Below are positions 39,011 to 51,590 of a stretch of 64,000 nucleotides of DNA, one piece after another (positions within the stretch are counted from its first letter, which is position 1; each line of letters opens with the position of its first letter). A program made the position numbers and the translations under genes. Below the pieces are notes generated by a model. The model was not told the DNA's origin. It did no database searches and saw only the letters and a program-made list of their open reading frames with translations. This stretch comes from Selaginella moellendorffii (Eukaryota > Plantae > Lycopodiophyta): NCBI RefSeq assembly GCF_000143415.4, contig NW_003314336.1, forward strand, positions 485,296 to 549,295, given 5' to 3'.

Positions 39011-40120
39011 TATTGGAGGCTGTCATTGATTTACTTCATAGTCAAACAAAGATTATATTTAAAAATGTAGTATTTTTCATATTGTCACTGCCCTAGTGGC
39101 AGAAGAAGCAAAACTCACATCCATGGTGCTTGGAGAGCCAATTCCAGGTGTTCTATGTGAATGGGTTCTTGTCACCCACAGGTTGCGTGACATTGAGAAA
39201 TTGTCCCACAAAGGACGCTAATACACCATGTTTGGCTTGGAATTAGCTTTCCCGAGCTCCATTTACAAGGCTCTCTTGGAGGATTGAAAACTATAGCCGG
39301 CCCAAATGTGTTTTCTGGAAGTTTCACAAGAACCAAGCGAACTCAAGCTGTGCCAGTTTTGATGTGCCAACAAGCCTTCGAGGAACGCATGATACCATGT
39401 TCTGATCTGGGATACTTGTGTTTGGTCATTACCCGCGGAGCATTTTCTTTCCAATCACAATGGTGAGGATTGTAAATTCAAAGCCCACACACTTAGAGGA
39501 TTTATCTTAACTTCGATTTGAACTAAGCTACATGCATAGTAGGATTCCCTTTGAGATTGAATTTCCTATGGCAAGCAATTTGTGATTATAAGTTTGGTCT
39601 ACAGGTCATGTTACAGCCACATGACTAAGGCTTAACACAAAAAGTAGCATTGATATACAGAAGATTCGGAGGAGCATCTTGCACATACCTACTCACCTTC
39701 TCCTGAATATCAATGACACCTTTGGTAGCAAGTCGTAGTGGTGTTACAAAATCACGGTGGTCCCCAGATTACCCTGATATGATGTAATTCCAGTCCGACC
39801 CTGAGTGAGTCCGATCTGTCCGTAAAAGCTCAAAGATAAGGGTTTCGATCCATCAAAACCAGGGGTTGCTTGAGCCCCAAGATCAACACAAGCTGAAACG
39901 GATATACATGAAACCACTCATAACCAGAAGAAGAAGAAAAACATAGAGAAGAAACGTATGTTGCAACCAATGCCAGCTCTATTTGTGATAAGAAATGCAT
40001 GGAGGCAGACCCTCTATTGACTTCCTTGCATAAATACAAAGATGTCAATTGTAAAATCGTGCAGGAGGAAGCTATCTCTTACTATAAGTAGATTGCATAC
40101 ACTGGTGTATAAAATTACCC

Positions 40121-40558
40121 ATGGCAAGTATTGTAGCTCTGTCCTTGCTTACACTCTCTTTCGGTCTTCTATGGAGGATTCTAACGAAAATTGTTGATCG
40201 AAGCCTTCCTCCAGGCCCGCCTAGAGTGCCGCTTCTGGGTCACTTGCATTTGCTGGGTGTTCTTCCTCACAAATCTCTCTCGGATCTCTCAAGTAGATAT
40301 GGCCCCGTCATGTTGCTCTGGTTTGGGTTTGCTCCAACGCTTGTGGTCTCTTCCCCAGATGCTGCAAGAGAAGTTCTGTGCACTCAAGATCTTGCCTTTG
40401 CTTCAAGGCCAAACATATCTTTAGCCAAGTACATGTTCTACAAGGACTTGGCATGGACCAGCTATGGTCCCTATTGGAGATTGATGAGGAAGGTCACCAC
40501 TGTGGAACTCTTCACTGCAAAAAGGCTCGAGGAATCCAGAATGGTGAGGCACACGCAA
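40121..40558 (+). pseudogene. CYP71-clan P450 copy A, 5' fragment fused to IFT70 sequence
   Basis: LPPGP..LGHLHLLG; homology stops at RHTQ and jumps into IFT70 intron/exon sequence. Confidence 0.9.
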
Positions 40559-40790
40559 GACTATATGCAAAAGCAACTAATGTGGTGACAAAGAGCATAC
40601 CTACCAATGCTGAGTTCGGGATACTGTCGCACTCCATGTTCCAGAATTTCTGCAAGAACACTAAGAGCTGCAAACTAACGTAAGGAAAATTCGTTCATTG
40701 ATTGTCCAAGAATAACATTACCTGGACCGTAAAGCTTTAGACGGTAAAGACAAACAGCTCTGTTCTAATCCAGCTCAAGCTGTGCCAGTT
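40559..40790 (-). pseudogene. IFT70: IFT70/TTC30 fragment (2 exons)
   Basis: NRAVCLYRLKLYGP / ALSVLAEILEHGVRQYPELSIG. Confidence 0.8.
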
Positions 40791-41487
40791 TTGATGTGCC
40801 ATCAAGCCTTCGAGAAACGCATGATACCATGTTCTGATCTGGGATACTTGTGTTTGGTCATTACCTGCGGAGTATTTTCTTTCCAATCACAATGGTGAGG
40901 ATTCTAAATTAAAAAGCCCACACACTTGGAGATTTTATCTCAACTTCGATTTGAACTAAGCTACACGCATTATAGCATTCACTTTGCAATTTGTGATTAT
41001 AAGTTCGGTCTACAGTTTTTCCAAGGAGGCTTGACACAAAAAATAGCATTGAGGAGCATCTAGCACATACCTACTTACCTTCACCTGAATATCAATGACA
41101 CCTTTGGTAGCAAGTCGTAGATGGCGTTACAAAATCAGATTCACAATCCACCCCGGATATGATGTAATTCCAATCCGACCCTCAGCGATCTGTCCGTAAA
41201 AGCTCAAAGATAAGGGTTTCGATTCATCAAAACCAAAGAAGAAGAAAGAAACGAAGAACATCGAGAGGAACGTATGTTGCAACCAAAGCCAACGTAACGT
41301 AGTGACAAAGATCGTATCCTAGTGAAAAGTATTTGAGGACGAGAAGAATGAACAGATAAGAAATGCATGAGGGAGACCCTTTGTTGACTTCCTTGCATAA
41401 ATACAAAGATGTCAATCGTAAAATCGTGCAGGAGGAAGCTATCTCTTACTATAAGTAGATTGCACACACTGGTGTGTAAAATTATCC

Positions 41488-42999
41488 ATGGCAAGTATTG
41501 TAGCTCTGTTCTTGCTTACACTGTCTTTTGGTCTTCTATGGAGGATTCTAACGAAAATTGTTGATCGAAGCCTTCCTCCAGGCCCGCCTAGAGTGCCGCT
41601 TCTGGGTCACTTGCATTTGCTGGGTGTTCTTCCTCACAAATCTCTCTCGGATCTCTCAAGTAGATATGGCCCCGTCATGTTGCTCTGGTTTGGTTTTGCT
41701 CCAACGCTTGTGGTCTCTTCCCCAGATGCTGCAAGAGAAGTTCTGTGCACTCAAGATCTTGCCTTTGCTTCAAGGCCAAACATATCTATAACCAAGTACA
41801 TGTTCTACAATGGTAAGGACTTGGGATGGACCAGCTATGGTCCCTATTGGAGATTGATGAGGAAGATCACCACTGTGGAACTCTTCACTGCAAAAAGGCT
41901 CGAGGAATCCAGAATGGTGAGGCACACGCAAGTTTCGAAGCTCATTGACTTTATAGTCAATAATGGTCAAAACGGGAAAGCCTCAATCAACATGAAATTC
42001 CTTTTGTCCATCCTCAACCTCAATGTTGTGAGCTCGATCACGTTGGGGAGAGAATTTCACGCTGGCTCTGTGGAGCTGATCGAAGAAGTAATGCGGCTGA
42101 TGGACTCGTTTGTGTTGGGCGACTGCTTTCCATTCCTCTCGTGGCTTGGCAGCCCCGTGATCCGAAAGATGATCTCGGCTCACACGAAACTGGACCAGCT
42201 TTTGCAAGAGATCGTGGACGAGCACAAGTCTAAATTCAAGTCATCAGAGCGTGCGCGTGACTTTGTTGACGTCCTTTTGTCATTGGAAGACCAAGGAGAA
42301 ATTGACGTTCAATGCGTCAAAGCAATGATCATGGTAAGTTTAATTTCCTTTGGTATGCTAACCTTATTTTCTCTTCGCAAGGACATGATCATTGCTGGTA
42401 CTGAAACTTCGGCCATCACTACCGAGTGGGCACTTTCAGAGCTCATGAACAGTCCAACATGTATGATCAAAGCCCAAAAAGAGATTGACACAATTGTGGG
42501 CCGTGAGTGGATGGTGGTGGAAGCCGATCTTTGCAAGCTTAGCTACATCCACAATGTTGTCAACGAAGTGTTCCGCTTGCATCCGCCAGCGCCAATGCTA
42601 CTCCCTCACCATTCAACGCAAGACTGCCTAGTCAACGGCTACAAGATCCCCAAGAACTCGCGAGTTTTGGTCAACGTATGGTCAATTGCACGAGATCCAA
42701 GCTTGTGGGAGTCTCCCAATCTCTTCAACCCGGATAGATTTGCGGAGAGCTCGATCAGCTTCAAGGGGAAGAACTTTGAGCTTCTGCCTTTTGGATCTGG
42801 TCGAAGGATCTGTCCCGGATTGTCTCTTGGCGTAGCCATGGTTTCGTACACTCTTGCTCGCCTCGTCCATGGGTTCGAGTGGAAGGTCAGTGGCAAGGAG
42901 CTGAGCATGGACGAGATCTCGGAAGGAGTGGCGGTGAGACGAAAGGTTCCACTTGAAGTTTTTGCAACACCAAGGCTTGCAAGCCATGCCTACCTGTAA
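41488..42999 (+). CDS. Cytochrome P450, CYP71 clan (A-type), copy B, intact; 48-nt intron 42334-42381; 487 aa
   Basis: Membrane anchor, PPGP, AGTETS, EVFR (ExxR), PDRF, PFGSGRRICPG; single phase-0 A-type intron. Confidence 0.93.
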   Translation: MASIVALFLLTLSFGLLWRILTKIVDRSLPPGPPRVPLLGHLHLLGVLPHKSLSDLSSRYGPVMLLWFGFAPTLVVSSPDAAREVLCTQDLAFASRPNISITKYMFYNGKDLGWTSYGPYWRLMRKITTVELFTAKRLEESRMVRHTQVSKLIDFIVNNGQNGKASINMKFLLSILNLNVVSSITLGREFHAGSVELIEEVMRLMDSFVLGDCFPFLSWLGSPVIRKMISAHTKLDQLLQEIVDEHKSKFKSSERARDFVDVLLSLEDQGEIDVQCVKAMIMVSLISFGMLTLFSLRKDMIIAGTETSAITTEWALSELMNSPTCMIKAQKEIDTIVGREWMVVEADLCKLSYIHNVVNEVFRLHPPAPMLLPHHSTQDCLVNGYKIPKNSRVLVNVWSIARDPSLWESPNLFNPDRFAESSISFKGKNFELLPFGSGRRICPGLSLGVAMVSYTLARLVHGFEWKVSGKELSMDEISEGVAVRRKVPLEVFATPRLASHAYL

Positions 43000-43043
43000 T
43001 GAAGTTATCTTAGAAACTAGCAAGCTGAATGGACGGACATACC

Positions 43044-44840
43044 TCATTCTCTAATCTTCAGAAACATCCTCTTGAGCAGCCTGGCTTCTCTGGAGACCGT
43101 GTTGGAGTTGTGGCCCTCGCCGGGACTCTCCACGGATGTGTAGACAGTCTTGCCTTGGCTGTCCGCAGCATCAAGAAAGTCGTCTATGTCGGCGTATGTC
43201 GCATTCTTCAACTGCATCACGCAAGCTCGAGATTAGATTTCATGAATCCCGTCTTTTGTTGCTTACTACGATCATCTGTTTCGCAAGGCTATCGACCAAT
43301 GCAAGAAAGCAACGCTTTGCATAAAACCACGTGTCTGCTTCCAGCTTTTTCCCATAAGGCTCCAGACTTCTGATAATACGGCTAATACCGAACTCGAAGA
43401 TTTGTTTTCGCAGTAGAGGGTACCGATCACAAGGTTTACAATGCATAAATGCAATTCCTGCTTGTCTGGATTCTAGAAAAGGAACACGGAATTAAAACCA
43501 CTAGTAGCCGCTTAAGTTATATGTAAATGGCAAACCTTGTAGTGCGCTCTCTCTTCCTCTTTTTCAATCTTGAAAAAGTGTGTGCGACATTCAGTCGCCA
43601 AACAGGATGATCCGAACACAAGTCTGCTGACTGGTGGAAAATACGCTCTACTTGCACGTAATTTTCTTTGTCCCAGAAAAGCTTTGCAATTGCCATGATG
43701 ATAGGTATATAATACTATAGAAGAGCCGATGCTCGAAAAGCAAAAGACAAAACATTACGAACATCTTACCTCAAGAGAGTCTTCATACTCTGCCAAAGCC
43801 TTCTTGTGGCCCTCCTGATCGCGAGAAAGACAAGAATCCTGGATTTGTTTGGTGAGCCTGCGCATGGTTTCACTATAACGATTTGCCAGCTCATTCATCT
43901 TTTGATATGTATCCTGTCCGATAGTCAAGCTTAGCTCAACAACATCACAACTAACAATAATTGAACAACCTCCGGTGACGTCTTTGTCAAAATGATGCAG
44001 TTAATAAAGTCGTAGAGGTCCTGCATAATATTTGATGTAAAAAGACTAATGCTTGTGAAGTTTATGTGCTTCAATAGATACTTGAAGATAACTTCCGCAT
44101 GCTCTGCCATTACATCAGCAGCAAGGTCGTAGAATCCATGGGAAGGTTTACAATACAGCAGAAGTAGATTAGCCAATGTCTCTGAAGGAAATGGAGGATT
44201 CTATAGCGAGTGGTCAGAATAATCATAAAAGAATAAAAATATCTACCTGCAACAAAAAATTAAGTTTACGGAAGCCTGCAGTAGGATCAACTTCCATATT
44301 CATCAGGGCTTGATCCTGAGGAAAGAAAAAACAAAAATAAACAACTTAGCGAAAGGATCAGAATGTACCGAGTCTAACTCTTCTTCTACACGTGGTGGCA
44401 TGTCAGTGAGGTTTTCCTTTGCGGCCTCTAAATTTCCATTGACGTAGTCAATGGCAGCCTAAACAAAGAACTAAATCAAGTGAGTCAAAAAGAATTTTGA
44501 TCGGACCTTCAAGTTGAAAGCGACTAATACAGATTCTTTGAGCGCTGGGCTGTTTCCAACACTACATAGCTCAATGCCCTCTACGTGGCTTTACAAACAG
44601 AAAATGCATAGTCTAGAATATATGCAAAAGCAACTAATGTGGTGACAAAGAGCATACCTACCAATGCTGAGCTCGGGATACTATCGCACTCCATGTTCCA
44701 GAATTTCTGCAAGAACACTAAGAGCTGCAAACTAACGTAAGGAAAATTCGTTCATTGATTGTCCAAGAATAACATTACCTGGACCGTAATGCTTTAGACG
44801 GTAAAGACAAACAGCTCTGTTGCAGGTCAGCTCAAGCTGT
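43044..44840 (-). pseudogene. IFT70: IFT70/TTC30/DYF-1 (fleer) pseudogene, copy 1; lacks the N-terminus, has internal deletions and a stop
   Basis: PPFPSETLANLLLLYCKPSHGFYDLAADV, LTDMPPR.EEELD, HLCIVNLVIGTLYC, LEPY.KKLE.DTW.YAKRCFLAL, EARLLKRMFLKIRE* match IFT70; introns retained. Confidence 0.9.
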
Positions 44841-45599
44841 ACCAGTTTTGATGTGCCAACAATCCTTCGAGGAACGCATGATACCATGTTCTGATCTGGG
44901 ATACTTGTGTTTGGTCATTACCCGTGGAGCATTTTCTTTCCAATCACAATGGTGAGGATTGTAAATTAAAAAGCCCACACACTTAGAAGATTTATCTCAA
45001 CTTCGATTTGAACTAAGCTACATGCATAGTAGGATTCACTTTGAGATTGAATTTCCTATGGCAAGCAGTTTGTGATTATAAGTTTGGTCTACAGGTCATG
45101 TTACAGCCACATGAATAAGGCTTAACACAAAAAGTAGCATTGATATACAGAAGATTCGGAGGAGCATCTTGCACATACCTACTCACCTTCTCCTGAATAC
45201 CAATGACACCTTCGGTAGCAAGTCGGAGATGGTGTTACAAAATCACGGTGGTCCCCAGATTACCCTGGATATGATGTAATTCCAATCCGACCTTGAGTGA
45301 GTCCGATCTGTCTAAAAGCTCAAAGATAAGGGTTTCGATCCATCAAAACCAGGGGTTGCTTGAGCCCCAAGATCAACACAAGCTGAAACGGATATACATG
45401 AAACCACTCATAACCAGAAGAAGAAGAAGAAAAACATAGAGAAGAACGTATGTTGCAACCAATGCCATCTCTATTTGTGATAAGAAATGCATGGAGGCAG
45501 ACCCGCTATTGACTTCCTTGCATAAATACAAAGATGTCAATTGTAAAATCGTGCAGGAGGAAGCTATCTCTTACTACACACTGGTGTGTAAAATTACCC

Positions 45600-46253
45600 A
45601 TGGCAAGTATTATAGCTCTGTTCTTGCTTACACTGTCTTTCGGAGGATTCTAACGAAAATTGTTGATCGAAGCCTTCCTCCAGGCCCGCCTAGAGTGCCG
45701 CTTCTGGGTCACTTGCATTTGCTGGGTGTTCTTCCTCACAAATCTCTCTCGGATCTCTCAAGTAGATATGGCCCCGTCATGTTGCTCTGGTTTGGTTTTG
45801 CTCCAACGCTTGTGGTCTCTTCCCCAGATGCTGCAAGAGAAGTTCTGTGCACTCAAGATCTTGCCTTTGCTTTAAGTAAGGACTTGGGCTGGACCAGCTA
45901 TGGTCCCTATTGGAGATTGATGAGGAAGGTCACCACTGTGGAACTCTTCACTGCAAAAAGGCTCGAGGAATCCAGAATGGTGAGGCACACGCAAGTTTCG
46001 AAGCTCATGGACTTTATAGTCAATAATGGTCAAAACGGGAAAGCTCAATCGACATGAGATTCCTTTTCTCCATCCTCAACCTCAATGTTGTGAGCTTGAT
46101 CACGTTTGGGAGAGAATGTCACACTGGCTCTGTGGAGCTGATGGAAGAAGTAATGCAGCTGATGGGCTTGTTTGTGTAGGGCGACTGCTTTCCATTCCTC
46201 TCGTGGCTTGGCAGCCCCGTGATCCGAAAGATGATCTCGGCTCACTCGAAACT
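45600..46253 (+). pseudogene. CYP71-clan P450 copy C; frameshifts, TAG stop, truncated by unrelated sequence
   Basis: Deletions relative to copy B; homology ends at ISAHSKL. Confidence 0.9.
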
Positions 46254-47699
46254 CGAATCTCGTGGGGGTCAGAAGATCCAACACTTGGGCGACACACTGC
46301 ACTCTCGGAATGCAGCCGTTGGTGTTCCAGGTCTTCTTCAGCGTATTGGGATCTGTAGTGGTGTCTTTCCCATGCTGTCGAGACTTGGTGGGATTGATGG
46401 TATGAGCATTGCTGATGATGATCGTCTGGGGCCGTTGGCTGTTTGGTTGTCGCGTGGTAAAGCTGCCGGCCTCCTCCATTGTTGGTAGCTGGGAGGCGTG
46501 GGGGTTCCTAGCAACGCACCACCATCATAGTCCAACTGGTGAATGCTTGCGATTGGGACTCCCGTGGTAAAGCTGCCGGCCCCTCCATTGTTGGTAGCTG
46601 GGAGGCGTGGGGGTTCCTAGCAACGCACCACCATCATAGTCCAACTGGTGAATGCTTGCGATTGGGACTCCCGTGCTGATGGTGTGTGCCCTAGAGAGGC
46701 ATCCTTCGATCACGTCATTCCGATTCCATTCGCAAGAACACCTGGCCTCTTGGTGCATGATGAGGAGTAGCCAGTGAGGACAAGGAAGATTCTGTGCCTT
46801 GTTCCCAAGTTTAATATGGGGTTGGCACCCCAGAGAACCGGAAGGCACCGCAAAGTGATCCACCGGGAACATTTTAGTTGTACTGGGTCGTGTTTTGCAT
46901 ACGATCATCCTGTTCTGCCACCTGTCCCCTTTCGGTGATGTGAGTAAGAGGGCCGTGAGAGAGCCACATTGCTATGCCCCAATCGTTTCGTAACAGCAAA
47001 GGCAGGATGATGATATGAGCAAGGTGGTGATGCAACTTGATGAGACATTAGCCGGTCTTGATGGGGAAAATTTCATGTACCTAGGCAGGCTGATGATGGC
47101 CTTGTGGTCTCGCAGTCGTGTTTATAAACTTTTGTCCTTGTGGTCATTGCTGGTAATCGATCAGTTGTCATAGTCGTCTCACGTTCATCGCCGTAGGTCT
47201 TCGCTGGTCATTGGTGCCGGTCATTGGCGATTTGAAATTTTCCTGCTGTTGGGCTCTCCAAGCTCCTCGGCTCCCTTTGCTCGCCATTCACCATGTATGT
47301 TGCTCTCGATAAGCATCTGCCATTTCTCGCCATACCCATCATCTAGAAGCGCTCCTTGCCAAGAGAAGTTCATACTCGCCCACAGTTCCTTGCCAGGAAC
47401 AAGAGGCGACGCCATATCAACACGTTTTCCGTTCTACCGAGGCATCCAAATCCTCTCTGAGAGAAACACGCTTCGCTGCCATAGCCGCACTTCACTCCTC
47501 GTCTAAGAGCAAGTAGACATACGCCCAGCACCCAGCCTCTCCTTGTCGAAGAAAGAAGTCTCCGAGAGACCAGAACACCCTGTGAGAGTGATGTCACGAA
47601 TTGAAACCCGTCACTGCTGCGGAGATCTCGCCAGGCAGCTGTGGATGTTCGCCATCAAACCGTAAGCATCTCCTTTGGCTCCCAAATAGTACGACGAAA
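46254..47699. other. Unidentified ~1.45-kb insertion at the inversion breakpoint, containing a ~110-bp tandem repeat (46453-46675)
   Basis: No similarity to the CYP or IFT70 units; cgtggtaaagctgccggc...gattgggactc occurs twice. Confidence 0.6.
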
Positions 47700-47723
47700 T
47701 TGTAATATATTGGTCTTTAGCAG

Positions 47724-48360
47724 AATGAAGAGGCCGAAGATTTGATGCGAAAGATTGAAAAAGAGGAAGAGAGAGCGCACTACGAGGTTTGCCATTTAGA
47801 TATAACTTAAGGAGTGGTTTTAATTCCGTGTTCCTTTTCTAGAATCCAGCGGATCAACTGACCTTCATGTCGGCAATGTTTGCCTCGAGCCACACGGGGC
47901 TGGTAGGCCTGGAATGCTTCCTGGAGATGGAGGCCGCAGGAATTGCATGTATGCATTGTAAACCTTGTTATCGGTACCCTCTACTGCGCAAAACAAAACT
48001 TCGAGTTCGGTATTAGCCGTATCATCAGAAGTCTGGAGCCTTATGGGAAAAAGCTGGAAGCAGACACGTGGTTTTATGCAAAGCGTTGCTTTCTTGCATT
48101 GGTTGATAGCCTTGCGAAACAGATGATCGTGGTAAGCAACAAAAGACGAGGCACGGATTCATGAAATCTAATCTCAAGTTTGCGTGATGCAGTTGAAGGA
48201 TGCGACATACGCCGACATAGACGACTTTCTTGATGCTGCGGACAGCCAAGGCAAGACTGTCTACACATCCGTGGAGAGTCCCGGCGAGGGCCAGAACTCC
48301 AACACGGTCTCCAGAGAAGCCAGGCTGCTCAAGAGGATGTTTCTGAAGATTAGAGAATGA
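47724..48360 (+). pseudogene. IFT70: IFT70 3' exons (inverted block) with an 86-bp PPR-like insert at 47850-47935
   Basis: NEEAEDLMRKIEKEEER, CIVNLVIGTLYCAKQNFEFGISRII...FLKIRE*. Confidence 0.88.
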
Positions 48361-48404
48361 GGTATGTCCGTCCATTAAGCTTGCTAGTTTCTAAGATAAC
48401 TTCA

Positions 48405-49917
48405 TTACAGGTAGGCATGGCTTGCAAGCCTTGGTGTTGCAAAAACTTCAAGTGGAACCTTTCGTCTCACCGCCACTCCTTCCGAGATCTCGTCCATGCT
48501 CAGCTCCTTGCCACTGACCTTCCACTCGAACCCATGGACGAGGCGAGCAAGAGTGTACGAAACCATGGCTACGCCAAGAGACAATCCGGGACAGATCCTT
48601 CGACCAGATCCAAAAGGCAGCAGCTCAAAGTTCTTCCCCTTGAAGCTGATCGAGCTCTCCGCAAATCTATCCGGCTTGAAGAGATTGGGAGACTCCCACA
48701 AGCTTGGATCTCGTGCAATTGACCATACGTTGACCAAAACTCGCGAGTTCTTGGGGATCTTGTAGCCGTTGACTAGGCAGTCTTGCGTTGAATGGTGAGG
48801 GAGTAGCAATGGCGCTGGCGGATGCAAGCGGAACACTTCGTTGACAACATTGTGGATGTAGCTAAGCTTGCAAAGATCGGCTTCCACCACCATCCGCTCA
48901 CGGCCCACAATCGTGTCAATCTCTTTTTGGGCTTTGATCATACATGTTGGACTGTTCATGAGCTCTGAAAGTGCCCACTCGGTAGTGATGGCCGAAGTTT
49001 CAGTACCAGCAAGGATCATGTCCTTGCGAAGAGAAAATAAGGTTAGCATAACCAAAGGAAATTAAACTTACCATGATCATTGCTTTCACGCATTGAACGT
49101 CAATTTCTCCTTGGTCTTCCAATGACAAAAGCACGTCAACAAAGTCACCCGCACGCTCTGATGACTTGAATTTAGACTTGTGCTCGTCCACGATCTCTTG
49201 CAAAAGCTGGTCCAGTTTCGTGTGAGCCGAGATCATCTTTCGGATCACGGGGCTGCCAAGCCACGAGAGGAATGGAAAGCAGTCGCCCAACACAAACGAG
49301 CCCATCAGCCGCATTACTTCTTCGATCACCTCCACGGAGCCAGCGTGAAATTCTCTCCCAAACGTGATCGAGCTCACAACATTGAGGTTGAGGATGGACA
49401 AAAGGACTTTCATGTTGATTGAGGCTTTCCCGTTTTGACCATTATTGACTATAAAGTCAATGAGCTTCGAAACTTGCGTGTGCCTCACCATTCTGGATTC
49501 CTCGAGCCTTTTTGCAGTGAAGAGTTCCACAGTGGTGACCTTCCTCATCAATCTCCAATAGGGACCATAGGTTGTCCATCCCAAGTCCTTACTATTGTAG
49601 AACACGTACTTGGCTACAGATATCTTTGGCCTTGAAGCAAAGGCAAGATCTTGAGTGCACAGAACTTCTCTTGCAGCATCTGGGGAAGAGACCACAAGCG
49701 TTGGAGCAAAACCAAACCAGAGCAACATGACGGGGCCATATCTACGTGAGAGATCCGAGAGAGATTTGTGAGGAAGAACACCCAGCAAATGCAAGTGACC
49801 CAGAAGCGGCACTCTAGGCGGGCCTGGAGGAAGGCTTCGATCAACAATTTTCGTTAGAATCCTCCATAGAAGACCAAAAGACAGTGTAAGCAAGAACAGA
49901 GCTACAAAACTTGCCAT
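48405..49917 (-). CDS. Cytochrome P450, CYP71 clan, copy D, intact and inverted; 49-nt intron 49071-49023
   Basis: All P450 motifs present; removing the intron joins the two ORFs in frame. Confidence 0.92.
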
Positions 49918-50154
49918 GGATAAATTTACACACCAGTGTGTGCAAGCTTATGTAGTAAGAGATAGCTTCCTCCTGCACGATTTTATGATGGTAACATCTT
50001 TGTAGTTTTTCAAGGAAGTCAATAGAATTTATGAATTCTATTGACTCTATGAATTTCTTATCTCAAATAGTGTTTATTCTTCTCATTGCAAACTATTTTT
50101 CAGTCACTTATAAGTTGATAGTTTAAGGTTAAAGGATACAATCTTTGTCGTTAC

Positions 50155-51590
50155 CTGGCTGGTCATAATGTATGAAATGCAGAGATTCACGAGCACAATT
50201 GCTGTGACACTGAGAATGTCATCTCCCGCTTTCTTTACAATCGGTTCATAGTAATGGATTGCTTCTTTGTAGCGATTATCCTGTTAGATGCACAATGAGC
50301 ATAGATAGCAAATACGATTAGCTCACCTGCATAAAGAAAGTGTGTGCGACATTCAGTCGCCAAACAGGATGATCCGAACACAAGTCTGCTGACTGGTGGA
50401 AAATACGCTCTACTTGCACGTAATTTTCTTTGTCCCAGAAAAGCTTTGCAATTGCCATGATGATAGGTATATAATACCATAGAAGAGCCGATGCTAGAAA
50501 AACAAAAGACAAAACATTACGAACATCTTACCTCAAGAGAGTCTTCATACTCTGCCATCGTGAGAAAGACAAGAATCCTGGATTTGTTTGGTGAGCCTGC
50601 GCATGGTTTCACTAACGATTTGCCAGCTCATTCATCTTTTGATATGCATCCTGTCCGATAGTCAAGCTTATCTCAACAACATCACAACTAACAATAATTG
50701 AATAACTTCCGGTGAAAATGATGCAGTTAAAAGTCGTAGAGGTCCTGCATAATATTAAAAGTAAAAAGACTAATGCTTGTGAATTTTATGTGCTTCAAGC
50801 GTAACTGAGATGGATACTTGAAGATAACTTCCGCATGCTCTGCCATTACATCAGCAGCAAGGTCGTAGAATCCATGGGAAGGTTTACAATACAGCAGAAG
50901 TAGATTAGCCAATGTCTCTGAAGGAAATGGAGGATTCTATAGCGAGTGGTCAGAATAATCATAAAAGAATAAAAATATCTACCTGCAACAAAAAATTAAG
51001 TTTACGGAAGCCTGAAACTTCCATATTCATCAGGGCTTGATTGTGAAGCGTGACCTGAGGAAAGGAAAAACAAAAATAAACAACTTTCTGATAGCGGAAG
51101 TATCAGAAAGTACTGAGTCTAACTCTTCTTCTGCACGTGGTGGCATGTCAGTGAGGTTTTCTTTTGCGGCCTCTAAATTTCCATTGACGTAGTCAATGGC
51201 AGCCTAAACAAAGAACTAAATCAAGTGAGTCAAAAAGAATTTTGATCGGACCTTCAAGTTGAAAGCTTCAACTGATGCAGATTCTTTGAGCGCTGGGCTG
51301 TTTCCAACGCTACATAGCTCAATGCCCTCTACGTGGCTTTACAAACAGAAAATGTATAGTCTAGAATATATGCAAAAGCAACTAATGTGGTGACCAAGAG
51401 CATACCTACCAATGCTGAGTTCGGGATACTGTCGCACTCCATGTTCCAGAATTTCTGCAAGAACACTAAGAGCTGCAAACTAACGTAAGGAAAATTCGTT
51501 CATTGATTGTCCAAGAATAACATTACCTGGACCGTAATGCTTTAGACGGTAAAGACAAACAGCTCTGTTCTAATCCAGCTCAAGCTGTGC
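50155..51590 (-). pseudogene. IFT70: IFT70 pseudogene, middle exons (copy 2)
   Basis: DNRYKEAIHYYEPIVKK..LSVTAIVLVNLCISYIMTSQ; YIPIIMAIAKLFWD..VWRLNVAHTFFMQ; several small deletions. Confidence 0.88.

Noticed and set aside
46453-46675. CRISPR-like array
   Set aside because: Two contiguous ~110-bp direct repeats with no spacers, in eukaryotic DNA
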